Virus record (IMG/VR): IMGVR_UViG_3300028654_000001
Span: 434,001-498,000 of that record
Strand: one strand, 5' to 3'
DNA: 64,000 nucleotides
A program made the position numbers and the translations under genes. Within the stretch, counting starts at the first letter, position 1, and each line of letters starts with the position of its first letter. Positions 1-10,360 of the stretch are shown here, piece after piece. The notes under the pieces are model-generated. The model was given only the letters and a program-made list of their open reading frames with translations, searched no databases and was not told the origin of the DNA.

Positions 1-762
1 GTGACCATCCCCAAGCAGCCAGCCAACTAAGAACTCTAAGCGATCTATAGCTGATCTATTCCAGATCCAAGACGATAGACTCTTCTGATCAGAAAAACGC
101 CCACTGTGTTCGAGGAAGAAATCAGAAACTTCTTTTCCATAAGCGCATACTTGAACACAAGACCCACTAGTCTTATGGGTATGAGTTTCAAGACCAAAGT
201 GTTCACTCACTAATAGACGAACATCCTCATGTAGGTCTACTTCATCCTCATGAAAACTCCAAGCCACTCCAGCTACAGGAACCTTTTCTCTATTCTCTAT
301 GATGTGCCCCTCTGCTGCGTAGTAACCCAAAAGCCTAGCTAACCCTGAGTATGAAGCTGAATCATTCGGAATCTGTGGAACAGGAATTGCCAGATAATCA
401 CCAATACTAACACTTCCCGCTCTAACCCAAGAAGCTCTAACCTCAGGAGCATTAGGACATACCGAACATGGGTATGAAGAGACTGGCTTATCAGGATGAC
501 ACCTACGTGTAGATCGAGAGGGTACTAAACACCGCATACCCGTAGCAACCCAGTAAGGGTGTTCAGAGGTTACCCCTAAGACTACAGGTGGGACTCCTTC
601 CACATCAAAAGATATAAGATCTTCGTCTACCAATCTAGAAGGGTGGACACACTCAACACTATTACTTGGGTCTCTTCCAACAACAATAGTACCCCCCACA
701 ACCTTCTCAATCAATATAGGCCGATACAGAGAATCTAATACGGGGGTACCTGATGGAAAGCA
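1..762 (-). mobile_element. Intein with LAGLIDADG homing endonuclease (N-terminal part)
   Basis: After host DVW: block A CFPSGTPVL, block B VTSEHPYWV, LAGLIDADG motifs LLGYYAAEGH and FLVGWLLGDGH. Confidence 0.88.
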
Positions 763-1350
763 CCACACATCGGGACCATTACGGCTCACGAGGGACTCGT
801 AAGAGAAAACAGGCTCGTTCCAGAAGTCCTCAACAGCAGAGGGTGGAGTCTTGCAGGCTAGGGCGTGCACAATAGCAACAAGATGAGTGTCACCCTTCTG
901 CTTCTGGATGCTCAGGAGATCAGCCAAAGAGCGGGTTGAACTGTATGGAACCCCAACCACTCGAACCCGAAGGTCCCCATCCTCAAAGACTTGCTCCCGG
1001 AGAAGCTTAAAGGCGTCACTCGCATAGATCACCCCCAGAGGCTGCTTGGCTAAGCTCTCCAAGTTGTTGTATGCTAAGTCATGATTACCCTCAACTCCGA
1101 AGGTTGGGCACCGGTAACCTCTATGGATTCGTATTGTTCTTTCAACAAGGTGATGCGGATTCTTAGAGGAAGCCTTGACGTGAAAGTAGTCTCCTCCATC
1201 AAGAACTGCATTCACCTCATACTTGGCTGCCAGACCACCGATCTGCTCTAGGTTAGAGAATATCTCTGCTGTATAATCCCCCTTCCACGAAATTGGGCTG
1301 TGAGCTGCCAAGTGAGTGTCTGTTCTGAACAAGAATGAGATCCTAGGCAT
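1..1350 (-). CDS. Mre11/SbcD-like metallophosphoesterase nuclease with intein (partial, runs off window)
   Basis: Manual translation from ATG 1350: MPRISFLFRTDTHL...VLDGGDYFH...GVEGNHD...AIVHAL = phosphoesterase motifs; overlaps the stop of the Rad50-like gene. Confidence 0.88.
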   Translation of the reverse strand, partial: MPRISFLFRTDTHLAAHSPISWKGDYTAEIFSNLEQIGGLAAKYEVNAVLDGGDYFHVKASSKNPHHLVERTIRIHRGYRCPTFGVEGNHDLAYNNLESLAKQPLGVIYASDAFKLLREQVFEDGDLRVRVVGVPYSSTRSLADLLSIQKQKGDTHLVAIVHALACKTPPSAVEDFWNEPVFSYESLVSRNGPDVWCFPSGTPVLDSLYRPILIEKVVGGTIVVGRDPSNSVECVHPSRLVDEDLISFDVEGVPPVVLGVTSEHPYWVATGMRCLVPSRSTRRCHPDKPVSSYPCSVCPNAPEVRASWVRAGSVSIGDYLAIPVPQIPNDSASYSGLARLLGYYAAEGHIIENREKVPVAGVAWSFHEDEVDLHEDVRLLVSEHFGLETHTHKTSGSCVQVCAYGKEVSDFFLEHSGRFSDQKSLSSWIWNRSAIDRLEFLVGWLLGDGH

Positions 1351-2584
1351 ACTTTCTCTCTGATGTGTGCTGATGCCCCAAGCTCAATGGCTGGACGCAA
1401 GTAGGACAAACACCAAGAGAAGTAGCCTCCTTCTCTAATTCCCTCTCCTGTAGCTCGTAGGTAGTAATTTCAGCAGTAAGGTCATCGACAAGACTCTTCA
1501 GAGCCGTCAATCGTTGACTGAACTTAGACAAGTTCAGGATCTGGATGTGCAATCGATTCAAGTCATCGATAGGTGGGGGTCTGGACTTGCTAGCCGCGTC
1601 CAGTAATTTGAACTTCTCCTTTAGAACTCGAGCTCTTACAATTAACCCATCGAGTAATCGAATCACGTTAAGATTCTCCTTGATTGGATCAATCTCGGGT
1701 ACAGCCGATGAAAAGGTCTCAACCCAACTGAGATCCTCACAGTCTTCCTCACGTCGTCCAAGGTCATCAGATAACCTTGTGAGTACCCTTACCTTCTCGT
1801 ACGGGGTCTTCACCGCAGTTACTTCTGGCACAGCTACAGAACTAACTGCGGTAAGTGAGCGTACCTGTATAGCTATTGAACGAGTAGACCCTATGAATCC
1901 ATTCAATGCCGAGACAGATGACTCAACAGCGTCAACACTCTCACTTCTATGTGCTAAAGACTCAACCTTCTGTATTGCTTCATCGATCCCATCATACTTT
2001 TGGAGTCGAAGTTTAATAGAAAGAGAGTCCTCCTCACGAAGTTTCCTAGTGGATACAGCTTCCTTTCGATCTTTCTCTACAGCTTTTGAAGCTCGGTTGA
2101 TTCGATCCAACCTGGATACATCAGAGATGGCTTCCGCGATAGCGGGCCCTGACTGGTTCAGCATGAAAATAGGGAAGAACTGGTCTGCAATCTGAATAGA
2201 TCCAGATGTATCCCCTATCCTGACTTGGGAGAACCCACTTGTGACTAAGAATTCAGGGATACCAGTTCCTGGTTTGTCATACTCTTTCTTGTTGAATGTG
2301 TATTTGTTGACAGAGTCACCTTTTTCCCAGAGGAGGTCAAACCCATCCATTACGATGTGAACTGACGCTTGACACTTGCAGGTCTTGTGACCCCTGAGGT
2401 TACGCGCACAATACTCACCGTGACGAACGAATGAGGTTCCAGAGCTATTAGTGAGAGCGCATTTGATCGCTCTCACTACAGAACTCTTCCCGATATTACT
2501 GCCTCCAACAATGGCAGTGAACCTATCGATGTCCAGTTCAACGTTCTCGATAGCCTGGAACCCTTTGACCTCAATCTTGATCAT
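1343..2584 (-). CDS. Rad50/SbcC-like ATPase (N-terminal half, coiled coil, zinc hook)
   Basis: IEVKGFQ start, Walker A GGSNIGKSS, coiled coil, C-terminal CPTC. Confidence 0.8.
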   Translation of the reverse strand: MIKIEVKGFQAIENVELDIDRFTAIVGGSNIGKSSVVRAIKCALTNSSGTSFVRHGEYCARNLRGHKTCKCQASVHIVMDGFDLLWEKGDSVNKYTFNKKEYDKPGTGIPEFLVTSGFSQVRIGDTSGSIQIADQFFPIFMLNQSGPAIAEAISDVSRLDRINRASKAVEKDRKEAVSTRKLREEDSLSIKLRLQKYDGIDEAIQKVESLAHRSESVDAVESSVSALNGFIGSTRSIAIQVRSLTAVSSVAVPEVTAVKTPYEKVRVLTRLSDDLGRREEDCEDLSWVETFSSAVPEIDPIKENLNVIRLLDGLIVRARVLKEKFKLLDAASKSRPPPIDDLNRLHIQILNLSKFSQRLTALKSLVDDLTAEITTYELQERELEKEATSLGVCPTCVQPLSLGHQHTSERKYA

Positions 2585-3816
2585 GGATCCTCTATAATCT
2601 CTTCCAGAGCCGACTCTTCACCGGATGACTCAATTATGTCGTCATCTCCAATATCATGACGCATATCAGACAGGATATCCTCGTCTTCTACATCACCCTC
2701 TATAGCTTTTGGAGCTTCTGATAGAATAGCTGCAGTGACTCTCTCTCGCATTGATTCAAAAGCAGCTGGGTTACCCACAAGGTAACTTCGAAGACGATCT
2801 CGACCTTTGAAGTTCTCACCTCCAAACTCGTAACTAGCCCCCTTCTGAACAACAATCTTCCTAGGTATAGCCCCTTGGATAACGGAGAGGTACTCATCAA
2901 CTCCATAACCATACCGAATGAAAATCTCACCACTATGCCCTTGCTTGCCGTCCATTTTATTCTTGACGGCCTTGACCTGAACCACGTTACCGAAGGGCAT
3001 CTTCTTCTTCCTCATCGTAACTGGATCGGGACGTTCAACGAACTCAGACTTGATTCTAGTGAGCTTGAGGCGAACACTCGCGTAGAACTTGACTGCCTTG
3101 CCACCAGCCGTGTTGTCATCCCCTGGCCCGTGTCCGCCTGTAGAGATAGTAGCTCTAACCTGGTTGATCAAGATGAGGGCTGATTTGTTAGGCTTGAGCC
3201 ATTGAGTCATCTTGGGTAGGTTTGTACTCATCGCCCTGGCTAAAGCTCCAATAGCCGCAGCATCCCCGAGCTTCTTTTCTAGCTCAGCAGCCGGAACCAT
3301 AGCCGCAACCGAGTCAACGACAATTAGACCAACATTCTGCTTGATGGCAACGTAGAGCATCCTGAGACCCTCCTCAAAGGTGCTCGGAGCAAAGTACATC
3401 AAACGTCGAGGGTCAAAGTCAACACCTACAGCTTTCGCGTAACCATGGTGGAGGGAGTTTTCAAAGTCGAGGAACAGAACAGCCTCACTTGCCTTCTGAG
3501 CTTGTACAATGGCAGCAAGGGCCAGCGTTGTCTTACCACTTGACTCAGGGCCATAGATCTCAACTATCCTGCCCTTGGGGAACCCAGGGCACACTAAGCC
3601 AGTCCCATCCGCTAACGGTGTGCCACCAATTAGGTCGTCGACTGCCAAAGCTCCTGATCGAATGTGTGGCCAAGTTTTGATATCTGATCCTAAGGGCTTC
3701 TGCCCAGTAGCTTTCTCAATGAAAGCCCGGGTGGCTTCCATTATCTTGTCTCGCTCGAGATCCTTCTCATTAGAAGGTGTGGCAGATTGCTTCTTACTGG
3801 TGGCTGCTTTGCTCAT
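2581..3816 (-). CDS. recA: RecA recombinase
   Basis: GRIVEIYGPESSGKTTL, IVVDSVAA, LILINQVR, GGKAVKFYASVRL, VKNK. Confidence 0.95.
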   Translation of the reverse strand: MSKAATSKKQSATPSNEKDLERDKIMEATRAFIEKATGQKPLGSDIKTWPHIRSGALAVDDLIGGTPLADGTGLVCPGFPKGRIVEIYGPESSGKTTLALAAIVQAQKASEAVLFLDFENSLHHGYAKAVGVDFDPRRLMYFAPSTFEEGLRMLYVAIKQNVGLIVVDSVAAMVPAAELEKKLGDAAAIGALARAMSTNLPKMTQWLKPNKSALILINQVRATISTGGHGPGDDNTAGGKAVKFYASVRLKLTRIKSEFVERPDPVTMRKKKMPFGNVVQVKAVKNKMDGKQGHSGEIFIRYGYGVDEYLSVIQGAIPRKIVVQKGASYEFGGENFKGRDRLRSYLVGNPAAFESMRERVTAAILSEAPKAIEGDVEDEDILSDMRHDIGDDDIIESSGEESALEEIIEDP

Positions 3817-3823
3817 GGGTGGG

Positions 3824-4465
3824 TTATCCTAACTTTGAAAATCTGAAGAACCTGTCATTCTCGCGGAACAACGTTCCATCCTGATGGGTCTCGCCTTCGT
3901 GCTTTCCTTTTACGAAAGTGTGTGTTCTCAAAAAAGTGTGTGCCTCAGAGGGTAATAGAACGTCCTCAGTAATCTCCCCCTCAAGAAGTAATAAGAACCG
4001 TGCGGCAAATCTAGCTACATGGTAAGCATCAGCCTCATCGTTATTCCACTTGGAGATCCCGGTATCAGCATGGGCCATGGCTATCATGTCAGCCTTGAAC
4101 ATCTTGCCTTTTCGTATGTTGGGGTCTTCCTTGGCAAGGGACTTAACGGTAGAGGGATCAAAGTACACCACATCCTTGCGGTGAGTGTAAATTGCCTCAT
4201 TTACGTATAAAAATAGGCCGTAGAGACCCTCAGACCAACCCTCACCAAAAGGTGGAGACTCGACCCCCACAATTGAAACCTCTGGGTAGTCGGTGAGTAA
4301 GTCATTAAGACATGCTCGGAGACCCATATACCTAGCAATGAAGATTTCATTGCTAGGGCTAGAAAACCGACCCTTATCAATGACACGTTTTTTACCAACA
4401 GCCCAAGGGTCGTGTATGCACCACCCCATGTCAGACATAGAGGGGTCTATTCCTAAAGACAGCAT
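3824..4465 (-). CDS. RuvC-like Holliday junction resolvase
   Basis: LGIDPS, VGVES, PSTVK, NDEADAY acidic motifs. Confidence 0.8.
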   Translation of the reverse strand: MLSLGIDPSMSDMGWCIHDPWAVGKKRVIDKGRFSSPSNEIFIARYMGLRACLNDLLTDYPEVSIVGVESPPFGEGWSEGLYGLFLYVNEAIYTHRKDVVYFDPSTVKSLAKEDPNIRKGKMFKADMIAMAHADTGISKWNNDEADAYHVARFAARFLLLLEGEITEDVLLPSEAHTFLRTHTFVKGKHEGETHQDGTLFRENDRFFRFSKLG

Positions 4466-4504
4466 GATCCACCTGGAGAACGCGGTGTCCCACAGTTAGA
4501 AGTG

Positions 4505-4530
4505 GGGAGGGTGTGTATAACCACCCTCCC
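4505..4530 (-). terminator. Hairpin after SSB gene, possible terminator
   Basis: Inverted repeat gggagggtg...caccctccc. Confidence 0.45.
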
Positions 4531-4549
4531 TAACCCTAGACCTAGCCGC

Positions 4550-5416
4550 TCAAACGCCGTTTAGTACGTTAGAGAAGTCTTCACCAGAGAAGTCAGCACC
4601 AGAGTTGGATCCTCCCCCAACAGGAGGCATCCCAAGCTTCTCACGAAGCTCATCAATGGTAATCTCCTTGAAGGGATTCAACTTCGAGTACAAGGCAACT
4701 GCCTTATCCAAAACAGCCCTCTTCAATTGAGGGTTCTTCAGGTATATAGCCGGCCCTGCAGGGGTGATTGTGATCTTCTGATACTGAGTGTCAATACACG
4801 AGAAGTTTAGGTCAATATGAGAGATCGAAGAACCACTCTCCAGTAGTCCCTTGTTGATCTTCCGGAAGTTGTCGTACTTCTCGGGAGCGAACCTCCAAGG
4901 CATAACCCTGAAGTGCTTCAAGCGCTCTTTCTCAACCTCACCATCACGGTCTGTGGGGTACCACAGAAGAACGGAGATGACATAGTCCTTACGCTCACCG
5001 GCCTTGGCCCAGATTTTCTCCTCAGCAGGAGGGATGTTCTTCGGCCAAGCAACATAACCAATCTCCTTTTTGAAGGAGGCCGTCACGGTCTTGAACCTAG
5101 CCTCTGAGGTGTCTAGCAGGTCAACTTGATCAAGAGCATCTACCGTCTTGCTGAGCTTTTCTGCAAGCTGGGTTCGAACCTTTGCGATCACAGACTTTTG
5201 TTGGTCTATGCTGATATCTGGCTTCTGCTGCAGGATCTTGCGCCGAGCCGTAGCATCAAGGGTATTGAAGTAAACGAGAGCTACACGATCAGTGCGGCCC
5301 TTCTCACCCTTATACCACTCGAGCTGGTTGGTTTGGACTTTGCCCTTGTCCTCATCCCCTAGCCCAATATCAGTATCGACTTCAGGTAACTCATCGAGAT
5401 CAATTTCAGTACTCAT
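4550..5416 (-). CDS. Putative single-stranded DNA-binding protein
   Basis: Position in recombination cluster, aromatic-rich core, Gly/acidic tail ADFSGEDFSNVL. Confidence 0.55.
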   Translation of the reverse strand: MSTEIDLDELPEVDTDIGLGDEDKGKVQTNQLEWYKGEKGRTDRVALVYFNTLDATARRKILQQKPDISIDQQKSVIAKVRTQLAEKLSKTVDALDQVDLLDTSEARFKTVTASFKKEIGYVAWPKNIPPAEEKIWAKAGERKDYVISVLLWYPTDRDGEVEKERLKHFRVMPWRFAPEKYDNFRKINKGLLESGSSISHIDLNFSCIDTQYQKITITPAGPAIYLKNPQLKRAVLDKAVALYSKLNPFKEITIDELREKLGMPPVGGGSNSGADFSGEDFSNVLNGV

Positions 5417-5600
5417 TGTTGTTGTCTCCGTGCAATTGACGTGGCCCCAGATACGTGGAAGGTAGAGCTGGGTGACCTGGTCGGTGCTTTGGTTTACTGC
5501 GGCGCACTACATAGACAGGACAGGGATGGCACTAAGGCCGAGGTCTGGTCTGGTAATGCACCGCTATGATCAGTACACCAATAAGTTATTGAGTTTTGGA

Positions 5601-6554
5601 TCAGAGATTGCTGAGAATATCCGAAAAGTCAAAATCAGAGCTATCCGCAGGTTGAGTCTTTGGTGAGGTCTTATTAGCTTTGGTTTTCTTTGGCTCAACC
5701 GGAGACTGCTCTGGCTCTGTCTCGATAAATCTAACAAGATCTGGATCACTTGGGTCCACAAGATCCCCCTCAACACCGGCGGCAGCTGCTACCTTAGCAG
5801 GTTCTGATTTAGAGGCTGCTTGGGCTGTTTCCTCTATAATAGAAGAAAGTTCGACATCCGAGTCAACTTCGGGGTTAGGTACCTCTAAGTCAAAAGATGC
5901 GATTGCCGCTTGTAGATCAGGGTCTATATCCTCATCAACTACTTTTGGTATTGCTACCGAAGCGGGCTTCTGGGTAGAGATTGCAACAAGAGGAACCTCA
6001 TTCTTCATGAGGTTATTTAGTTCATCCTCATCAATAGTTGACGAACTCGGAGGCGGGTTACTACTCCCGTTTGACTCATCTCCATACCCAGCCCCGGTCA
6101 CACGATCAGCAAACAGCATCTGCCGTTGAGTCTTTATCTCACCAGAAGTGCGTATTAACTCATCATGAACCATTTTCACAGACTTCTCGACAGTCTCCAA
6201 ATCAAGAATCTCGCTCTTAAAAGCTGATATTGAGTTAACCCGATCTCGAAGAAGGGTGTTTACCAAAGCTTCGCGGTCTCGGATATTGGGCTGCCGCTTT
6301 ACATCCTCATTCTCTGATAGCAACCGATCCTTCTCTACACTGAAGAGGGTCTCCTCCCCTCCAAGCTTGCTCATCAGGTCTCGACGCATTCTGCTGAGGT
6401 TCAACCGAATACTCGATATCCTGTTCAAGTAGTTACGGCATTGAGCCATAATACTGTTGATGTAATTGGGGCCGAGTACCGTCGGATCCCGTTCCAACTC
6501 TAGGTGAAGGCCACCTACTTCGTTGAAGATCTTATCTACGAAGGCCTGATCCAT
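5601..6554 (-). CDS. Hypothetical coiled-coil protein with acidic tail (possible recombination mediator)
   Basis: 317-aa ORF, helical N half, tail DFDFSDILSNL resembling that of the SSB. Confidence 0.55.
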   Translation of the reverse strand: MDQAFVDKIFNEVGGLHLELERDPTVLGPNYINSIMAQCRNYLNRISSIRLNLSRMRRDLMSKLGGEETLFSVEKDRLLSENEDVKRQPNIRDREALVNTLLRDRVNSISAFKSEILDLETVEKSVKMVHDELIRTSGEIKTQRQMLFADRVTGAGYGDESNGSSNPPPSSSTIDEDELNNLMKNEVPLVAISTQKPASVAIPKVVDEDIDPDLQAAIASFDLEVPNPEVDSDVELSSIIEETAQAASKSEPAKVAAAAGVEGDLVDPSDPDLVRFIETEPEQSPVEPKKTKANKTSPKTQPADSSDFDFSDILSNL

Positions 6555-6577
6555 ATGGAAGGTTAGTACACCAGTGC

Positions 6578-8761
6578 CTACTCAGTTTTCGGCATCAGCT
6601 CTTGGATTGCTTTACCGAAGCCTGTATTCCTATGAATCACGTGATCGTTATTAATGGCCTTCTGAATTGAACCCCGGTCACCCAACAACCAAACCTTCTT
6701 CTTCGCCCTAGTAACAGCAGTGTAAAACAGGTTTCGTTGTAGCATTCTCCCGTGATTACGGACCATAGGAAGAATTACTGTGTCAAATTCACTACCCTGG
6801 CTCTTATGAACCGTTATGGCGTAAGCCAGCCGTAGCTTCTGGACAACATCATTGCGCGGGATCTCAACCTGAACATCAAGGCCCCCCTCGCCTATTCCGT
6901 GAATCCTAACCGTGAAGGAATCTGAACGAATAGTTATGAGTTTACCCATGTCCCCGTTGTAGATTCCTAAGGTGTAGTCATTCTTGATCACCATCAACCG
7001 ATCACCCTCACGAAATCGCAAGGTACCCATGGTAACCTCTTTTTTACCAGTGGTTGGTGGGTTCAAGACCTCACGAAGTTTGTCGTTCAGGTTGATTACC
7101 CCAACTGTCCCCTCATGTTTAGGTGAAAGAACCTGAAAGTTCTCATCACGACCCTTGAGCTTTTGAGCCATCATTACTACCAACTCAAGTATTTTAGTAT
7201 CCTCGAGTATGGGTACAAATCTGAAGTCTGAGGTGTCGCTCCCTATTACAATAGAATCACCCCTATTTATACGGTGAGAATTTAGAATGATCTCACTCTG
7301 CTGAGCCTGCCTGAAAATCTGAGTCAACCTGACCGTAGGGATTGAAGGGCAACGTACCAGCTCACGTAGGACATTCCCAGGCCCTACTGAGGGTAGTTGG
7401 GCATCATCCCCAACCAGAACCAAGATAGTACCTTCCTCGAGTGCGTCCAGAGTCCTGAAGAATAACTCTTGATCAACCATCGAACACTCGTCAATGATCA
7501 CAACCCCAATCGGATACTTGTTGAAAGCGTGGTACCCCCAGGTATCCCCGTTATACCTGAACGTCCTGTGTATAGTAGCCGCTGGACGACCCGTTACCGA
7601 AGCCATACGCTTCGCAGCAATCCCCGTTGGAGCCATCAAGGAGTAGGTCACCCCAGCTCGCTCAAACAGCTCCACAAAGGCTCTAGTAACCGTTGTCTTG
7701 CCTGTCCCTGGGCCACCCGTCAAAACCAAGACTCGGTTGTTGACTAATTTCTCCACAGCATCTTGTTGAGCATCGGACAGTTTGATCTGTCGTAGTGTCT
7801 CATAGGTCTCAAGAAATGCCTTGTAGTCAACATCAATCTTCAAAGGAGTTATGAATCTGACTAGGTATCTAGCTGAACCGCGCTCGTACTCATACAGACT
7901 AGGGAGGTAAACTCCAACCTCTGGATCAATACGAACCCCCTCACGTTCTTCCAACCGAGCAGTAGCCTTCATGAGGTCTTCGGACAGAGTGTCTCCATCA
8001 AACGGACAAATCTCAGTTGACTTGAGCATCTCGTTGAGTTGAGTTGCCATATCCCCACGTCGAACATACAAGTTTCCTGACTTAGAAGATTCGCGCAGTA
8101 CCCAAAGAACTGCACCCTCAAACCGCCGTGGATCATCCATCTCAAGTCCATTGGCTTGAGCTACTGAATCAGCCTTATCAAATGTAAAACCATCGACTTC
8201 GAGGAGTCGATAGGGGTTCTCAGAGATAATTCGCTTAGAATCAACCCCAAAGGTGCTGAAGAGGGCTGACATCTGCTCAGACGTAACATCGTGATCCGAA
8301 AGGAATGCCGATAAGTCTGAACTGGTCAATAACCCAGCCCAAGCAGTCACAACCCTCTGAATCAATTCTGGATCAAATCCAGGTAACTCAGCGAGTCTGT
8401 TTGGATCCTCACTTATAACCTTGAAGGTATCAATGCCAAAGGTATCAACCAGAGAGGCAGCTTGGAACTCATCAAGGACTTTGAAGCACCCATGTAGGAA
8501 GTTGTCTACTCCAACAACCGACGCCGCCCACGGTGCCCAACCATTGAAGTCAAACTGCCACCCATACTTGGCATTACGAACCCACTTTCCAAACAGCTCT
8601 ATCGGAATACCAGGGGCTATGCCTTCGAGTCCAAACAACCTGCCTTTACAGGTGATCTTACTACTACCATAGGTATCGGCTTCGCTCCGCTCAGCTGATA
8701 TAATGTAGAAATCATCCGTGTTATGGATGATACTATACACCAAGACACGGACAGATCCCAT
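6578..8761 (-). CDS. recD2: RecD2-like SF1B helicase
   Basis: ENPYRL HhH, GGPGTGKTT, DECSMVD, VGDDAQLPSVGPG, AYAITVHKSQGSEF, YTAVTRAK. Confidence 0.93.
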   Translation of the reverse strand: MGSVRVLVYSIIHNTDDFYIISAERSEADTYGSSKITCKGRLFGLEGIAPGIPIELFGKWVRNAKYGWQFDFNGWAPWAASVVGVDNFLHGCFKVLDEFQAASLVDTFGIDTFKVISEDPNRLAELPGFDPELIQRVVTAWAGLLTSSDLSAFLSDHDVTSEQMSALFSTFGVDSKRIISENPYRLLEVDGFTFDKADSVAQANGLEMDDPRRFEGAVLWVLRESSKSGNLYVRRGDMATQLNEMLKSTEICPFDGDTLSEDLMKATARLEEREGVRIDPEVGVYLPSLYEYERGSARYLVRFITPLKIDVDYKAFLETYETLRQIKLSDAQQDAVEKLVNNRVLVLTGGPGTGKTTVTRAFVELFERAGVTYSLMAPTGIAAKRMASVTGRPAATIHRTFRYNGDTWGYHAFNKYPIGVVIIDECSMVDQELFFRTLDALEEGTILVLVGDDAQLPSVGPGNVLRELVRCPSIPTVRLTQIFRQAQQSEIILNSHRINRGDSIVIGSDTSDFRFVPILEDTKILELVVMMAQKLKGRDENFQVLSPKHEGTVGVINLNDKLREVLNPPTTGKKEVTMGTLRFREGDRLMVIKNDYTLGIYNGDMGKLITIRSDSFTVRIHGIGEGGLDVQVEIPRNDVVQKLRLAYAITVHKSQGSEFDTVILPMVRNHGRMLQRNLFYTAVTRAKKKVWLLGDRGSIQKAINNDHVIHRNTGFGKAIQELMPKTE

Positions 8762-8763
8762 AG

Positions 8764-9555
8764 TTAGCCCCGTGCAAGTTCAAGGAACTCTTCTTCTGAC
8801 AAGCACTTGGTGCCATACTTCCTAGCAGTGGCAGCCTTATTCGTAGAAGTGTCAGACATAACAAGATAACTCAACTTTTTGGTGACTCCGGACTTTACCT
8901 CTCCGCCTTGGGACGTCACCATGTCTTCTAAGTCACCACGACTGTTAACCATCTCACCAGTGAAACAGAAGCTCTTCCCGGACAGCTTACCACGAATAGG
9001 TCCCTGTACTTTGACACCTACCGAAAGCAGTTCCTCTACCACACCACTCTGAGTCTTGATCCATTGGAAGATTGTCTCCGCCTTCACAACTCCTATACCG
9101 TTGATTTTACCTAGATCACTAGCGGTAGCAGACCGAAGCCTATCTAGATCATCATAACCATCAACCATCACAGTCTTTATGGTTGATACAGCAATTCCAG
9201 GAATACAAAGTGATCCGAGCATGGTATCGAGGGTGAGTACCTTCTTTTCATGCAGGAGATCTAAAGCCTTGGTGGCCGACGTATCACCCATTCGATCCAA
9301 ACCAGAGAGCTGCTCAACAGTAAGACGATACAAATCTGGAACCGATCTCACCAAACCAGTGGTTACTAGTTTCTCAATTAAAACGTCACCCCACTCGAGG
9401 ACCCCGAGGTTTGCGAGCCATTGGGATACCCGACCAATGATCTGGGCTGGACACCCTTCCTTGTTTGGGCAGATGTGGAACTCCCCATCTTGGATGACAG
9501 TAGATCCACAAGATAGACAGTTAACTGGGGGATAAAAGAACAAGTCAGTGCTCAT
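8764..9555 (-). CDS. ligA: NAD-dependent DNA ligase, C-terminal part (Zn finger, HhH, BRCT)
   Basis: CLSCG...CPNKEGC, DLYRLT, GIGVVKA, GKSFCFTG BRCT. Confidence 0.9.
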   Translation of the reverse strand: MSTDLFFYPPVNCLSCGSTVIQDGEFHICPNKEGCPAQIIGRVSQWLANLGVLEWGDVLIEKLVTTGLVRSVPDLYRLTVEQLSGLDRMGDTSATKALDLLHEKKVLTLDTMLGSLCIPGIAVSTIKTVMVDGYDDLDRLRSATASDLGKINGIGVVKAETIFQWIKTQSGVVEELLSVGVKVQGPIRGKLSGKSFCFTGEMVNSRGDLEDMVTSQGGEVKSGVTKKLSYLVMSDTSTNKAATARKYGTKCLSEEEFLELARG

Positions 9556-10360
9556 AATGGGTTATCTCCTTAGTTGACATTACGGGAGGGGTTTTATATG
9601 GATCGCTTAGATCCACCCAAGGTTCACCCGGTCCAACCCAAGGATGAATACCAACCTGCATCTCCATCCCATAGAGAACCCAAGAGGTTACTAAACAGGA
9701 GTTGAATCCTTTAACCGATACAAGATCATTGAGTGCCTTTTGTTTGGCTAGAGTCTTTGAATCCCACAACAAATAGTCAGCCTTAACTTCCCAAACTTCC
9801 TTGACCCCACCTACCAGAGTAACCAAAAAGTCTGGGATATAGATACGAGTAAACCCTTCGAACGAGTAGGGAATCTGGAAAGGCTCTACCTCTACTTTAG
9901 TAACCTGCGGGTGCAAGTCGAGTACTCTAACCAACCTAAGCTCCCAAGATGAACGTACCCAGGCTTTACCCCCAGGAAGCTTATCGCTTTTGGCGATAGC
10001 CCCATGACCAATAGATTTGACTCTTCCTTCCAAGTAGGCTCTGGAAACACCTATCGAGATCTTCTCTCGAATCTCAATAGTCCGGTCATACTTACCAGCA
10101 ACTCCAATACCCTTACCAGTTCTAGCAAGTTTCATCTTGACTATAGACATTGAGGAATGCCCAACCCCTCGAGTTGGGTTAGATCTAGTCATAAATCTGG
10201 ACTGTCTCAACCTCATCTCATCTGACTTCAAGAAAGTCAATTTGAAAGTAGATTTGAAGTCATCTACGGTATACCCGTGAAGTCTAATATGGTTAGTACT
10301 CAAGAAGTCTGTTACTTTGCCGCAGATAGGACAGGTTAGTTTAGCCATTGGGGTCCTCAC
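9545..10360 (-). CDS. TnsA-like PD-(D/E)XK free-standing endonuclease with N-terminal Zn finger and NUMOD-like repeats
   Basis: RSSWE, EPFQIPY, YIPDFLV, WEVK; CPICG...H...H. Confidence 0.8.
   Translation of the reverse strand: MRTPMAKLTCPICGKVTDFLSTNHIRLHGYTVDDFKSTFKLTFLKSDEMRLRQSRFMTRSNPTRGVGHSSMSIVKMKLARTGKGIGVAGKYDRTIEIREKISIGVSRAYLEGRVKSIGHGAIAKSDKLPGGKAWVRSSWELRLVRVLDLHPQVTKVEVEPFQIPYSFEGFTRIYIPDFLVTLVGGVKEVWEVKADYLLWDSKTLAKQKALNDLVSVKGFNSCLVTSWVLYGMEMQVGIHPWVGPGEPWVDLSDPYKTPPVMSTKEITHYEH

Noticed and set aside
9545-10360. Group I intron or intein in ligA
   Set aside because: The nuclease ORF overlaps both ligase halves, each half has its own start and stop, and no splice-junction or core motifs were seen.
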